Source: Trichoplax adhaerens
Taxonomy: Eukaryota; Animalia; Placozoa
Length of the DNA: 64,000 nucleotides
Direction: 5' to 3'
Assembly: GCF_000150275.1 (NCBI RefSeq)
Contig: NW_002060943.1
Location: forward strand, 9,394,209 to 9,458,208
Shown here: positions 25,801 to 39,812 of the stretch, in pieces
Layout: every line of letters begins with the position of its first letter
Position numbering within the stretch: the first letter of the stretch is position 1
Made by a program: the position numbers and the translations under genes
Notes under the pieces: model-generated
Told to the model about the DNA's origin: nothing
What the model saw: only the letters and a program-made list of their open reading frames with translations
Databases searched by the model: none

Positions 25801-28800
25801 TAACAGAGCGCCACTTGGGACAATACGTTAAATTATTTAAAGGATCTGAATAAATTCTTAGTAGTCTCTTCGTGTATCATTATGTTACAATATCTAATAC
25901 ATGGGTATATGTACTTCACTCTCTACAAACAATCTTAGAAATTCATAATTATACTTTTATCGTAGGTCGGTTTTGCGTTGCGTACAAATTACAAATCAAA
26001 CAAAAATATTATATGGTTGTACAGTACTGTTATTATTCCTAGGTAATTCAATGAAATATACTATTGTAAATACTGTATCCATTTCTTTAATACCTATGAT
26101 TTACTATGGATTTGCGACTGTATGGCCTTACAATCGTATCGTATAAACGACTATCTTTCAGTCTCCTAAATTGCTTACTGGAAGATTCACTGAAAATTTA
26201 TAGACTAAATTCTAGTCATGAAGCCTTCACAAATAGAATTCATTTAATATTTCATACCCGTCCTTTGTAAGGTCCGTGAAAGAAATGTCTATATCACTTG
26301 CAATGTTCTTTATTTGACCTTTGTAGTTTCCTACTTGAGCCGGTGCACTTTGTAATAATAAGGACATCTCCAAAATTTCTCCGTTAACAATTTTGCTGCG
26401 AAAATTTAATTTAATAATTAATTTATACGGTTACGTTTAGTTTATAGCAATAATATTGAGAAACTATCACTTAAACGTCAAAACTTTTACATTTCATCCT
26501 GCGACAATCTAGTAAAACAGTTTTCAATGTATTTTCCCAGATTGCTCCATTGGTGATACGATAGGGGATAAATGCCAAATCTAAAAGATAAACAAGTAGA
26601 CATCAGATAATAAATAAAAGAAACACTAGCTGATACAGCTGATATGAAAAGTTACCTGTTTTTTATTATACCTCAGATATACGACTTTAGGTTCAAATTT
26701 TATTCATAAATATTTTACATATATCTCACCTCGATTGGAATGTCTTCCATGGGAATACTGTTTGAGATAGTTCGCTTCTAATATCGATGGGATCTGGCAC
26801 AACCATTGACAGCGCAAAAATACTACACCTAATTGCATTTTACAAAAGATTAAATATCAAGTAATATAAACTGTGTATTCACACTAATTGAAAGTTACTT
26901 TAGGAGGTATACTAAGTACGACATCAATTACATACTGATCGCTATCTTGAAATTGAACTCGATGCGCATTTAAAGAATTTACGATTGTTACGTAAGAATT
27001 TTCTTTGTTTAAGGCCAATAGAGTTTCTCTTGCAGAATATCTCAAACATACATCAAGCTGTTGAAATATTAAATTCCTTCGCATATCCAATAAATTTGTA
27101 ACCTGAAATTATTTAAAGCGTTGATATACAAATATCATCGTGAGTTAGCAGTTGTCCATTTGGTACATTATTTAGATTTAACCTGTGAATCGATATTTTA
27201 CGCATTGAATATAAGTTGATTCGTTTTAACAAGAACGATTTTTACTGTTAGTAAACTAACCGCCTGCGGATCCTCAGGATTTTCTAGCATATCAATTTGA
27301 ACTTGAACTTCTCGAAGTTCATTGACTGAAAGGCATAGTGAATAAATTTACCATAGATTTTACCAATCACTGTTAACATTACCAGAATTCCATGCAATGC
27401 AATATTCAGGTAGGTTATAATAATGAATCTAATGAAAAGTTATAAAGCTGATACCGATTCCTTCAATTCCACCCCAATTAGCTTTAATACCGGTATTATT
27501 CTGCTTGGATACTGATGATAGAGTTAGGCTGCTACCCATTTTTGCAAAAGCGATAACATATTGACATATATCATGCAGCGTTGATACTAATTTCTGATGA
27601 AGTGTGGGTGTAATTCGTTTTAGTGCAAGATTGTTAGACTTGTAACTAATATCCAATATTTAATAATTTTTACTTACCAAAGCGTCTTTCAAACGTTGAA
27701 CACTCTGCTTGATTGGCAAGGCTTTGAACATTTGTATCACCTTAGATTAAGAAATTATAAAATCTCAAAATCGGTTTTAAATGTAGTAATTGATGAAAAA
27801 TTAATATTTTTCGTTTACAATTACTATAGGAATTCATGCTCTAAAATTTTATATGAACTTTTACATAGTAATCTAAATTTGGTACCTCTTCATAAGTAGG
27901 AATGTACCATAAGTTAAACAGTTTGCTACCATCTTCCGACAAAAATGAGCTTGAACGCTTTTGAACTTGTCTAAATTCAGTAGATATATATCAACGTGAT
28001 CAATTTCGATTAATTATCAATGGGTGGATACAAGACTGTGACTGAACAATCATAGATTTTATCATTAAAGCTACCCTGTCAATGAATAAGATCTTTCTTT
28101 TGAAGATGTATGAGTTCGTTCAGAACCCAATATAAATATGTTTGATCTGAAAAAATAAAGGCACATGACATTGAAACAAGCTATATGGTAATTGCTTCAC
28201 ATCATGTTATATTGAATGACGTACATAATTAATCAGTACATCGACATTATGACGACTCACCGAATATCTGGAAATGAACTTATTAAACTGCGAATACTGT
28301 TGAAATATGCTATTATCTAGTGGAATCAATGTACACGTTAAATACAGTTTATGGAATGAACTTGACAGTTATAATGCACAAAGTAAATTACTTGAGCCTT
28401 CAAAGAATAAATCTGAAAAACATCCACGAGTTTCGAAAAAAAAACTCTCACAAAACCCCTAAGATGAAATATAATTAATTTATGATAATCACGTAAAATT
28501 CATTGAATATACCATCATTATTTAAGGTGTGACGCATCGGAACGTATAAATCTATAGAATGTGATAAAATTTACAAGTCACCTTTTAATAGTAGGGATAT
28601 CCTCATAATTTCTTATAGGATTATAGACTTGAGCTTGTTTATTTGAAAATTCCCGCAGCATTTGATCTCTTAATGGGAGCTATTAATAAGAAATCGTAAA
28701 ACAATTAACAAGATATTCTATAATAAGCTAAGATGGAAATAGATTCTTATTTCAAATCTTTAGTCAACTAGGAATAATTTACTGAGCATTAACTAGCTTA

Positions 28801-31800
28801 GAATAATTAGATACACGTATTTAATTACTTTATGTAATTGTATCGAAACGAATGGAATTGGCTTTTCAGCTTCAAGATCTGCAAATGTTTCGTATCTTTC
28901 TTCGATCTTAGTTGTTAGAGAGGACTGAGAGGCTGCGGTCAATTTAAAGCTATATTGCGATCCAGTCGTAGATTTTCGTTCACTATATCAAGCGAAAATT
29001 TATTAGAAGCTTAAATTATAAACTTAAATCATTTAATTCAGTTAATTATTGTAAATATAGTTAAATAATTGATAAGTATCGAATATTTATCCTTCCTGGT
29101 ATGAAACTAGTAAAGATACAGGGATAGCAACTTCGTATGCAATAAAATTACCTATGTTCAGTTTCTCGAGAAGTTATACATTCGTCTAATCCGCAGCAAA
29201 CGTAATTTAGGAGAATCGCAGCCAATAAGCAATTTTTATGGACAACTTGTGCATAGAGAACAGTTTTTAAATTTTCCATATCGTTGTTATTAAGTAACTG
29301 CGTGATTTTTATAGAAAAATGAAAAGTTTTCAATTTAATTTTTTGTGAGTGAAGCGATATCAATAATTTTTATAAAAGTACACATACCAAGCGTCCTAAG
29401 TTTATATGGCATTATTTATCAGCTGTTTACTATGGATGTATCTTAAGTAAGTCTAGCTAAGGCTGTATACTGATACTATCTTGTGGAAATTTACAAATAG
29501 TCTCCATAAATTAACCTGTACAATGCCTTCCTTAGATCTGAAATTAAAAGTACTTATGTGCTTTTCATCCAATTCTTGGATTGCCAAAAGTAAATGAGAT
29601 GGTAAATACCTAATCAACAATAAATACGGCAGTACAATTATGTTTTTTCAATTAAGGATCCTACTAAACGCCGGTATCGTAAGTTTGTTTACAAATCCTT
29701 AAGATATAACAAATAAACAAATACTGTATCTTTATTACCTATCTAAGGCTATATTTGCAAGTTCATCCTCACTAGCATAACCATGCTTGCATTGTCCTTC
29801 TTTATGATCTTCTGCAAGTTCAAAGGGTATGGGCCTCAAAAATAAGTGAAATTCTTCTTTATTAAGCTCATTCGCTTGTGTCCGATAGATCTGTTAGATT
29901 AAATACAATTATAATTATCAAAATTAACGCACTTATTCGTCATTGAAAGATACTGCCTTACAAGACATATCATTAAAATATCAGTTGTTAAATTAATAGC
30001 GCTTATGATTATTGGCATTAAAAACTATTTAAGCATATCCTAAATTTATAGCCATTTATCCAACAAAATGTGTTCTAAATTATCTTTAGATTAAGATTTA
30101 ATATACAATCGATATAACTACCCCCCATACGAAATGCAACTGGATAGCTGTACAATGTAATGCATAATTATTATATCTCATACATTCGGTTCTATTTTCT
30201 TATCATTCATACTACAATGGTGTAATCATTTAATAAATTATTATTATACTAACAGATGTCAAAATTTCGGTTTCCCATGCAGCATCAATTAGTCGATGAC
30301 GAGTTAGTACAATCTTTATAATATAAAAAGAAGTCATTAATTCACTCTTTGTACTGTGGTACACATCGATTTAGGTTAACTACTTCAAAATGACCTCCAA
30401 AAGCCTATTCCAAACATCCATAGCTAGTTTTTGCCTCATGCTACTACTATGATGTCCTGTTTGAAATTCTTTCGATTTGATGTTAGAATGCCCAAGCTCA
30501 ATTATAAAACGTGGATCTTCTACGTAAGAGCTCGAAAATAGCTGCGTAAAGAAAAATATGAAATAACTGATAAACAAAAAACAAAAAAAATGACAGTCTA
30601 TTTCGTGTCGTATCGTAGCACTTAAATGAAATCGATCATAAAAAGAATATTATTTTTAGATAATACTTACATCGCGCTCTATTCGATAAGAATAGCTCGT
30701 TCCACACGATTTCATATTGGTCCATTCACTGAGAGCTATCTATTAAATTACGTAATTAGATATGGCTCCACATTAGGATAGTAGAAAAAAGCTAGAGTGC
30801 ATGAGTATGCAAATCTGATTTCGCTGGCGGTATGCCAATTACAACCTCATATAGCTTGATTTCTACCAGTAGATCTGCTTGAACAGAGGCTGGTTTGATG
30901 TGGTTTAAGAATTCCTAAATTAAGTATCAATATATTACCCGACATTTTCAAAGAATTGAAACAGATGATGTATTCATTTCTATTGATCACTAACATAATT
31001 ATCTAGCTACGACGATCTCACATACCGATAATGTATGTTCTAATGCCTGCGTTAATCGATTAATAACAGCTAAAGCTGGATGCACTTCAAGTAAATACAT
31101 ATTTTTGATCGTCGATCTGTCATAAAATAAATGATATTAAACGCTTATCTGTATCCAATCTATGGATACAAAAAACTGGTATTTCAATAGTACAGAGAAG
31201 AAAAAAAACTAGTTAATTAAGTACCTATAACCATGAACATTTATTAGCTGCTTTCGAATGAGTCTTTGCGATCGACCATGGTCTATTAAGATTTAAAATA
31301 GCAGATAACATGTATCAATGCGTTTCGTATATTCCAAATTCCTGTTTTATCGGTATCAGCTCTTAGTAATTTACCTCCTTTATTATCAGAAGAGACTTTA
31401 TCAATGTATTCTCGACTTTCATCAATCTAAATTTGACGTTAGACATGTTTGTAATAATTATATTTAGAATCATTTCATCATCAACTAATTACCTGCACAA
31501 TCACCTATAACGTAAGTTAATCGTAGAGTAAGTACTGCTTAGCAAGTAGACGCTTATTTTTTATCTTATTCTACAAGTTTGCAATGTTAAATAGAAGATG
31601 CTTAAGTGCCAGCAGCGTGAACTAATCTAATTTATAAGAATTAGCTAATTACGCGTAAATCAATGTTTTTCTTTCATATTGAAGAAGCTTACGGTGTAAA
31701 ATTAAAGAAAACGTAAGCGCTCAACATAAATTAAGCTGTCATTAATCAGTATTACCAAAAATTGAAATTCATGAGTAGTGTTTAATCGACTAAACATTAA

Positions 31801-34800
31801 ATATTAAGATAGTAGTTCAAGCATGCTTGACTTACTAGCGGTATGCAATTGATAAGTAAATATATGATAAGGTGATAGGTGATAACATAAAAAAATTGAT
31901 TCAGTAATTTATATTACAGCAAATCTTATATGCGTACGAATATTGATATACCTGATCTGATAAAATAGTCTTTATTAGCTTAAATCGACCATTTAAAGCC
32001 GCAGACGAAGCTTGATATGATCGAAGAAAATAATCTTCGGTGAAGTCGAAGTTAGGTCTATCGTTTATTAAATTAGTAACGATCTAAGAGGGAGTGAGAA
32101 TATACATAATAATAACACTCTTATTCCATGATATTATAATTTCTTTCATCCTCCAACCTTTGATTCAAAGCCTATATCTTTAAAAGTAAATCTTTCTCTA
32201 TCATTATCGTAATTGTGCCTAATGATACATGACTAATGCTTTTCAGTCACCAGGTAAGATAGCTGAAGACAAGCTTCAGATACGAATAATGATATTAAAC
32301 ACATAGTGTTAGATATCTGTACCATGTGATAAGACAAAATTCATCACATGATAAGTAATGAAGAGTACGTAGCATGTAAATACCAGTAATTAGCAATAAA
32401 GTGCCAGTTACAATTATACTCTCGGAGTAATCTCTTACTGTGGAATACACAACACAAGCAGTAATTGTAATCAAACAAATCAAAAATTACACTCAGGCGC
32501 TTTATGCTCTCCTAGTTTGATCTAATTACTAATATTTACGATACTACATGAAGCTAGTATATCTGAACGGAACTATACAAACCCCATGCTGTTGTAGTGT
32601 CATTGCACCTAGTCAGAACTCTTACCTTAGCAACTTGACGTCTTTCCTTTGGATCATAAATGGTATTATAGACCTCCATATAGCAATCGATAATCTAAAT
32701 CATTGCAAATAGTTTCACACAACAGGCGTATTTATAATACTGGTAAAGTAGTTGGGACTATATTGTTATTAATTTATCAGAATCACCTATACTACTACAA
32801 TACGCACCTGCCTCTTGCTTTCTTGATAAATTGCCTCACCGTACCATAAATCACGTAAAACAGCAAATCTGTCAATAAATTGATGGCCATCTTTTACCAT
32901 ATCTACATTGTCCGTTGACTGATGAGACTGATTACGAATTAATAACTATTAAGTTTTCATTATAAGGAAAAAATGATTTTATGTAACAAAAATAGATATT
33001 CGCTAACTCATAATAATTTGAAATGTACTACAAGTGTAAGGAAAGAACTAGCCATAATTAAAAGCAAATCAAACATTCATAAGCTAAAAATTTTAAACAG
33101 ATCAATATATCAGCCTAGATATCAGGTATACAGTAGATAATAGTACCGTAAGAATCTTTATCGAAAATTTATATATATAAGACAGCTCGCTATTCGCTAT
33201 TTAACATAAAAAATATTAAATCTATAGTGTAATACGGATTAGAATACAGCAAGAACTTTGCAAAATCTACACGAACGATTGAGCAAATTTTCAGTGATTA
33301 TTCGTTATGATCAATGTGGACTGTCATATTCTCTGGTTTGAACTGAAATTCCTCTAACTAGCTTAGATTATGCGTATCTATTTTCAACCAAACTACTTAG
33401 TAGTTAAAGCATCATCAGCATATAGATCAATACTATATATATATCTTGTAAAGCCATAGAGATCCATTGTATGTATAGATTTGGTGATTGAAACTCATCT
33501 CATACAGAAACTGTAATAAGCATATCAGAACTGACTGATTGCAACGCAAGAATTTTAATAATTTTCTATTTTGTATCTAAGTCACCACGATTGTATCGTT
33601 GTCAACTATTTAAGTTACTCACGGTACTTTTGCAACAGTCTATACCCTATACCCAGGTCTACAGTAACTATCTCATATCTTATGTAGATAACAGTACTAA
33701 TTAAGAACTAGTTTTCTATCAAAACTTCTAGGATCAATGTTGACAATGGCTACTAGATCTAATATAGATCTATCCGGCCTCTATCAATTCTTGATCAGTT
33801 CAATAATTACTGTTTCATCTAAAGTTCTAAATTAAACAAATGTTAATGTACGTGTACAACAACTGCATTGTAAAATTTCTAACCATGCGCTTGTGCTTTT
33901 TAATTCCAGGTCCTTTAGGAATAATCTTATGTTTGAGACTTTTATCCTTCCGAATATAATAGGATCCAATCAATAGTAGTTCTTCTTCAATCTTTCTATA
34001 AATTATTTACAGGTAGAAAAGAATAATGTTTCATCATATGATCTATTTCTAAGATAATTCATAGAAGAGGATCAATAAACGTCATGAACAATTTTATAAA
34101 TTCACCTTAAGTCTTTCTTAGCTACATCATATAAAATGTAATAACCATTTTGATCTCTGACATGTACTCTACCATCTTCAAAACTATAATAATCATCACG
34201 ATTGCGTACCTATAAAGTAAATTATTTTTGGCTTCATGTTAAAGATTCTTCTTTAGAAATGAAAAATGATAGTAAACAAACGCAAAAGTAGTCATAACCT
34301 CACTAAATTCCATAAACATTGATTGTGATACCCTAATAAGTACAAAATTATATTCATTGACAAATAATAAACAAAGCAGTAATAGCACAAAAATAGTGCA
34401 TTTATGTAGCCAGACTATATCAGACCAGTAATCGTAGCATTTAGATAATTTCTAGTATTCATTTACTATCATTACTTATAGTCGGCAGGCGTATTAAAAA
34501 TTTGCTGAATATTAGATAGATTTTGATGATCGGAATGTAATCCTTTTTTGCTAGTAAAAATTTGAGACGTAAGTTTTTCGTCGAGTAAAGCTATTATATT
34601 AAATGAATTATCACTATCAATATATTGGATATATAACAGATCTAGCATTACTTGGCCTGTTGAGAATTAGTAGATAATGCCAAGCCATTATTATCGTCAA
34701 TTGTAAGCGTCCTTTCAAGCGAACGAAAGTAATTCAAATCGCTCAGAACCTGCAAATAAAAATGACTAGATATCAGACTATGAATCCCGATGTCAGTAAG

Positions 34801-37800
34801 GAGAATTTTCTTACGAAAAATCCAAGACATTATCAATGACGTTTAAAATTACCGAGCGACGTAAATCTCTTATTTTGAGATGCCTTAAAAGCAGGTAAGA
34901 TAAATAAGCACCATTAGTGCTATCTGCTATGTTGTCATCTTCATCATCTAAACCAAGTAACTGGGTTGCACTAATGCTCTCAAAAGTACTTTCACTTTCC
35001 ATTCTTGATCGTCTATGTATCCCTGCGCTTTCTGTCTTGCTATTGCTGTAGTTTACAGCTGATGCAGCTGTCCGAGAGTTACTAAAACCACGAGTTGAAT
35101 GGCTAGCTATTGTATCCTCTTCAAAAGTGTTGCTAACAGAATCATCATTATTGTCACACCTAAAAATATTAATTTTTAATTCTTAAAATCTTTATCCCAA
35201 ATCGATGCATCAGATAATGAGCAAAGATGGTAATTGCACTATATTAAGCTACTTCCAGCAGTAACTGGTAGATCCTGCTGTACCTATCCTTAAAAAAATT
35301 GTACAATTTGTGCCATAATGTTGCCGTATCCTGAGTGGCACTCGCATTTGTGGTGACTTTAGTGGGAAAGTAATTTGGTGGATTTACCATACTTTTCACG
35401 TGCTTCTTAAGTGACTCTAAAATAATCTAACCAATATAACAAATGATATTACAGCTGTTTGATTTGTGTTGAATTTAAACGCTATAACTTTAAGCTCAAT
35501 GATAAAGAAACTTTAATAATCCGAGTTATGCTGTACTTACCTCAGAATTTCCAATGTTTAGAAATATCGAATTTATCCTAAGCAACTACGTGAAAGTACA
35601 AGCGTATGCATTAAATACTGTTATTTATTAACACCTGATCCTATACTATTAATTAATTGTACCTCATCAATATCATTATGATGCCATAGCTGGGCCATAT
35701 TCCTTTCACGGCCAATATTACTGGTAGGTCTATTATATCATACGATATTCTGCTTAGTATATAGTCAATCTAATAATAGACTAAAGATTTATATCTACAG
35801 GTTTTACACTATGATTTGAAATTTCGATAACAAACATAATTAAAAAATCAAAAATCCCTAGATGCGTCACGCAAAATTTAAACCATAAATAATAATGCCA
35901 AATCCTAAGTTTTATATACGTATAAGATCTATATTATATTTTTAAATGATGCTTCTTGGATATATACAGTGTACGAGTATACTGGTACGTAGTTTCTTAA
36001 TTTACATGCCCTTGTTTCGTAGTTTTTAGGCAAGTAAACTGTAGCATATAATCCGAAACTAATCTGTCAATCATTAACAACCTCTTTTCTAGAAGAATAT
36101 CGAGTCTACTAATTATATGATAACAATCGATGAAAGTCAAGATACGAAAATATAACCAATAAATTATTAACTTCTTTTCTATCTCGTCGAACAGCAATTG
36201 TCTATCTCTATCCGTAAAATTCATTTTTGTTATATTCATTATTACGCAGTAGATACGATAAATCATGAAGTATATTGAGTGATCCCAATAAAAATTCTAT
36301 AATTTTATACTAAGATCTCATAAATCGTGCTATGTGTACATTAATTATATAGCATACATAAATAGAGAGATTTGATTACATCTATACCTTGTACAATGAA
36401 ATATAGAAAAGCCTTAGAAGCTGAACTACTATTTTTATTTGCATGATGGTTATGCGGTATTTAATTACGTTGTAATTCTACAATATCAATCCTTCGATAT
36501 ACTAACAATTCTATACCTTATCCTACGAAAAGAAATCCAATTTGCCTCTTGTTCGTATGAACAATTCCATTTGACTCCCCATTTCTCTATACCCTAATCA
36601 ATGCAGGTGTATGCTTATATGAAGTATATAGTGGTAAGCGGTACCTTTTTACAAAAACTATCTCCAATATTACTATAAATTCAGGTTCTTACAAATTTAG
36701 GTTCCGATACAGCCGTATTGTAAGTAGGGAAACATCGTTCCATTTGTTGACGGTCAAATCTTTTCTTAAATCCTTGAGCAACATGAAAGTAGAATTCTGC
36801 TTCGTCTGCAATCGTTTGGATTTGATTCACTGACTGGACAAATAAAGCAGAAATCGATATGTTTATTAGATTAATTTAAACAGGCAAAAGCTACTAAATA
36901 TCGTATTTTAATATTACCAATTCATTTAGAGAAAAGAATTGAAGAAGGCTTTCTAATTCAGATTTAAAATCTTCTAAATCAGTTTCATGTCTTGGTAAAT
37001 GAAGGGACAATTTACCAATTTCAATTGACGACAAGCCGCTAATGTGTCCGGAGTGCTTAGATGGTATTTTAAATCCATCATAAGCGATATTATTACTCTG
37101 TGATGTAGCTATACCACTTGTACTATCATTAGGTAAGGTTGAGAAGTAGTGCATCAGCTGAAAACTGGTACCCCTTGGGTGAATTAATGATGCGTCGGCC
37201 TATATTTGTAAATTTAACAATTGCAGTATTAATTTCGCTTATAATTTATCAACTTATTTCTATCTAGAACCTACATTGGTATGTGTAGCATCTTCTCTCA
37301 CTTTAGAATTTTCTAGAATTTTTTCTTTATTCAGTAAATGAGCATGACTTATTGGCATCCATTGTAGTATCTACATAAGAGTGATCATATCATGGCGTAT
37401 AAAGCGTCTGAATATAGCATCATATGTAATCTTATTATCGATAAGTTAGATTGTACCTTCATGAATGAATTTATTTTCTTAATTGAATGCAAATGGCAGA
37501 TGATCCATGAGAGATATATGATAATATCTTCGGCATTGACACTTCCTAGAGATCGACTTAGGTCTCCAACTACGGCCGCATTGTGAGCACAGCTTAATCG
37601 TTTCGCTCTACCAATAGCATCCATATATTCACTCATAACGTACCTAATACATTGAGACGATAATAACATTATCGCAATAAGACTTTTACCTTTAAATTAG
37701 TATTACGTATAGTATACATTAAGTACAATTTTGTTAGCCCCCTACTTCAGTGTCCCCTGATAATCTTCATAAATAGCTTCTACTTTTTGAGAGCGAGAGC

Positions 37801-38595
37801 AAAAGCGAGTAAATCGTAGCAAGTACAAGTATTTCAAGTTAGCCATTTGTTCAATTTTATCTAAATAAAACTAACGGACCAAAAATATGTTAATGCTCCT
37901 ATAATCAGCTTAAAACAAATTTTAGAGACCATTAAATTGTAATAATTTATTACTAGAAATTGAATATAATAGCACCCCTTATTCGTAACACGTACTTGAT
38001 GCAATAGCAACGGCAGTCCGATCTGGTTGTATTCTGGCTGCAAAGCAACTGTAGCTTCTTCTTTCATAATATCTGCTTGAATTTGAACCGGTTTCACTTG
38101 CCGTGTCTGTAAAAATTTTTGATTGAATTTGCAATCTACAAAATTGCTTACGCAAACTAATATTTTAAATTATAACAGTACTAACTATTTATAAACAATT
38201 ATTTTTCTACCTCAATCAGCTTGTTTATAATCATTTGGCGTTCTAGTTTAAAAAATGATGCATCCTTTAAGCCTCCAAGTGAGCTACATATAGATGAGGT
38301 AACATACAAAGAATTTGTTAAGATAAACATCTATCCATGAGGAAAAATTGCCGTTACTGTAGTATTATAAATAAAAAATGAACGGAATGTACAATATTTA
38401 TAAGAACAAAATATTCACCGATTGCATGATTCATTGTGATGCTACTTCTTACCTCAACGATTTTGATTTATTTCCCAACTCCAAGTCTGCATCCTCTACC
38501 TCATGCTTTAAATCCTCTAATTCTTTCAGGAGCTCTTTCTCTAATTCGATTACCCTCGAATTTGTACTGACTTTATATGCGAGGTCCTGAGGCAT
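19867..38595 (-). CDS. CCDC162: Large multi-exon CCDC162/C6orf183 (DUF4549)-like coiled-coil protein
   Basis: ATG at 38595: MPQDLAYKVSTNSRVIELEKELL...KDASFFKLERQMII...KPVQIQADIMKEE...EYNQIGLPLLLHQ...KYLYLLRFTRFC...YVMSEYMDAIGRAKRLS...EDIIIYLSWIICHLHS. This matches the recalled C6orf183 N-terminus (YKITSTERVQLLEK, KYLHMLRWKRFC, WLVCHLHS). Dozens of short minus-strand exons follow, coiled-coil-like near 20.5-22.2 kb, with a probable last exon ending ...EGVEIQEL* at 19867. Internal exons were not all verified and a split into two genes is not excluded. Confidence 0.82.
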
Positions 38596-38685
38596 TGCTG
38601 TTACTTTTCTACGAATTATCAAATCACTATACTCTGTACACAGTGACCATTGCCACAGCCTTCAACGATGATTAATTTTGTAATG

Positions 38686-38699
38686 GTTGCGATGGTAAT
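38686..38699. promoter_or_regulatory. X-box-like (RFX) motif upstream of CCDC162
   Basis: GTTGCGATGGTAAT about 90 bp upstream of the minus-strand ATG. Confidence 0.5.
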
Positions 38700-38711
38700 G
38701 AAAATCCCGCT

Positions 38712-38985
38712 ATTTACAGTATTTACTTGTGTTCTGTACAGTGTACAGTGCAAAGTATTGTACATTTATACAGTACTGTACAGTACAGTACAGTACTGTA
38801 CTGAATCTCCAGCAGAGACTACAGTACTGTACAGTGTACAGTACAATACTGTACCGTCCTGTACTGTACTGTACAGTACCGTAGATGGCATAGTGTACTC
38901 GACAGTACTGTACATTATACTGTACAGTACAGTTAGGGTTATGGGTTAGATATACTATCACCGTACAGTGTACCGTACACAAACT
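38712..38985. repeat. TACAGTACTGTA-rich tract in the CCDC162/SLC41 divergent intergenic region
   Basis: Dense TACAG/CTGTA/GTAC tiling; it generates spurious YSTV/YCTV ORFs on both strands. Confidence 0.85.
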
Positions 38986-39054
38986 GTCACGGGCAATGTA
39001 GCATATGTACATAATATATACGCGTATATAACATATGTTAGATATAGATTATAT

Positions 39055-39085
<31 letters not shown>
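39055..39085. repeat. (TA)n microsatellite
   Basis: Direct inspection. Confidence 0.85.
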
Positions 39086-39812
39086 CAGCATACAGTCAAT
39101 GGCGATTCCTCTAGATCTGAAATACTCCCATCAAGCAGACTTATTTCAATATTTATTCGTTTATTCCCATAAACTTATAGTTTTGGTACATATGAAGTAT
39201 GATAAAACATTAAGTAAATATGTTCATCTACTTTGTGATCAAAATATCTAAAAAGAATATAACATGTACGTATATTGTTCTATATATAGTGCAGGAGTGC
39301 ACATGCTTACATCGGATAATTAATTAGTGGCTCCACATTTTAAAGAGCGTGTTGTGAACTTGCGTCAGAGATGTATTTTATTCCGTATAGTTCGTAGCGT
39401 ATGCCTTAGCTTACGTACGCGCACGCTATAGTAGACAGGAAACGAGTGCATGCTACATCATACTGTCTCCCTAGTAATTTTTACTAATAGCAAGTTTGTT
39501 TATTTATTTATGTTATTTTATTATATTGATATTTTTCATTAATTACAAGTATTCTAAAAAAAAATGAATATATAATACTAGATCAACTTCAATGAAATGT
39601 GTTTCAAGTTACTTAATTAAAATTAGACGTTGTTAAATATGTTTATTTTAAAGATTTAATGCGTCCGTAGTTGTCCAATTTCTTTAGTATAGTGTACTAT
39701 CCCTTAGCGCATGTTAGTATTAAACGTATACAATATGGAACAAAAGTGTATCGTATAGCGGAAGCCGTTTTTGCAGAGGCGGGGGAGCTTGTAACCTAGG
39801 AGTTTATTTGAA

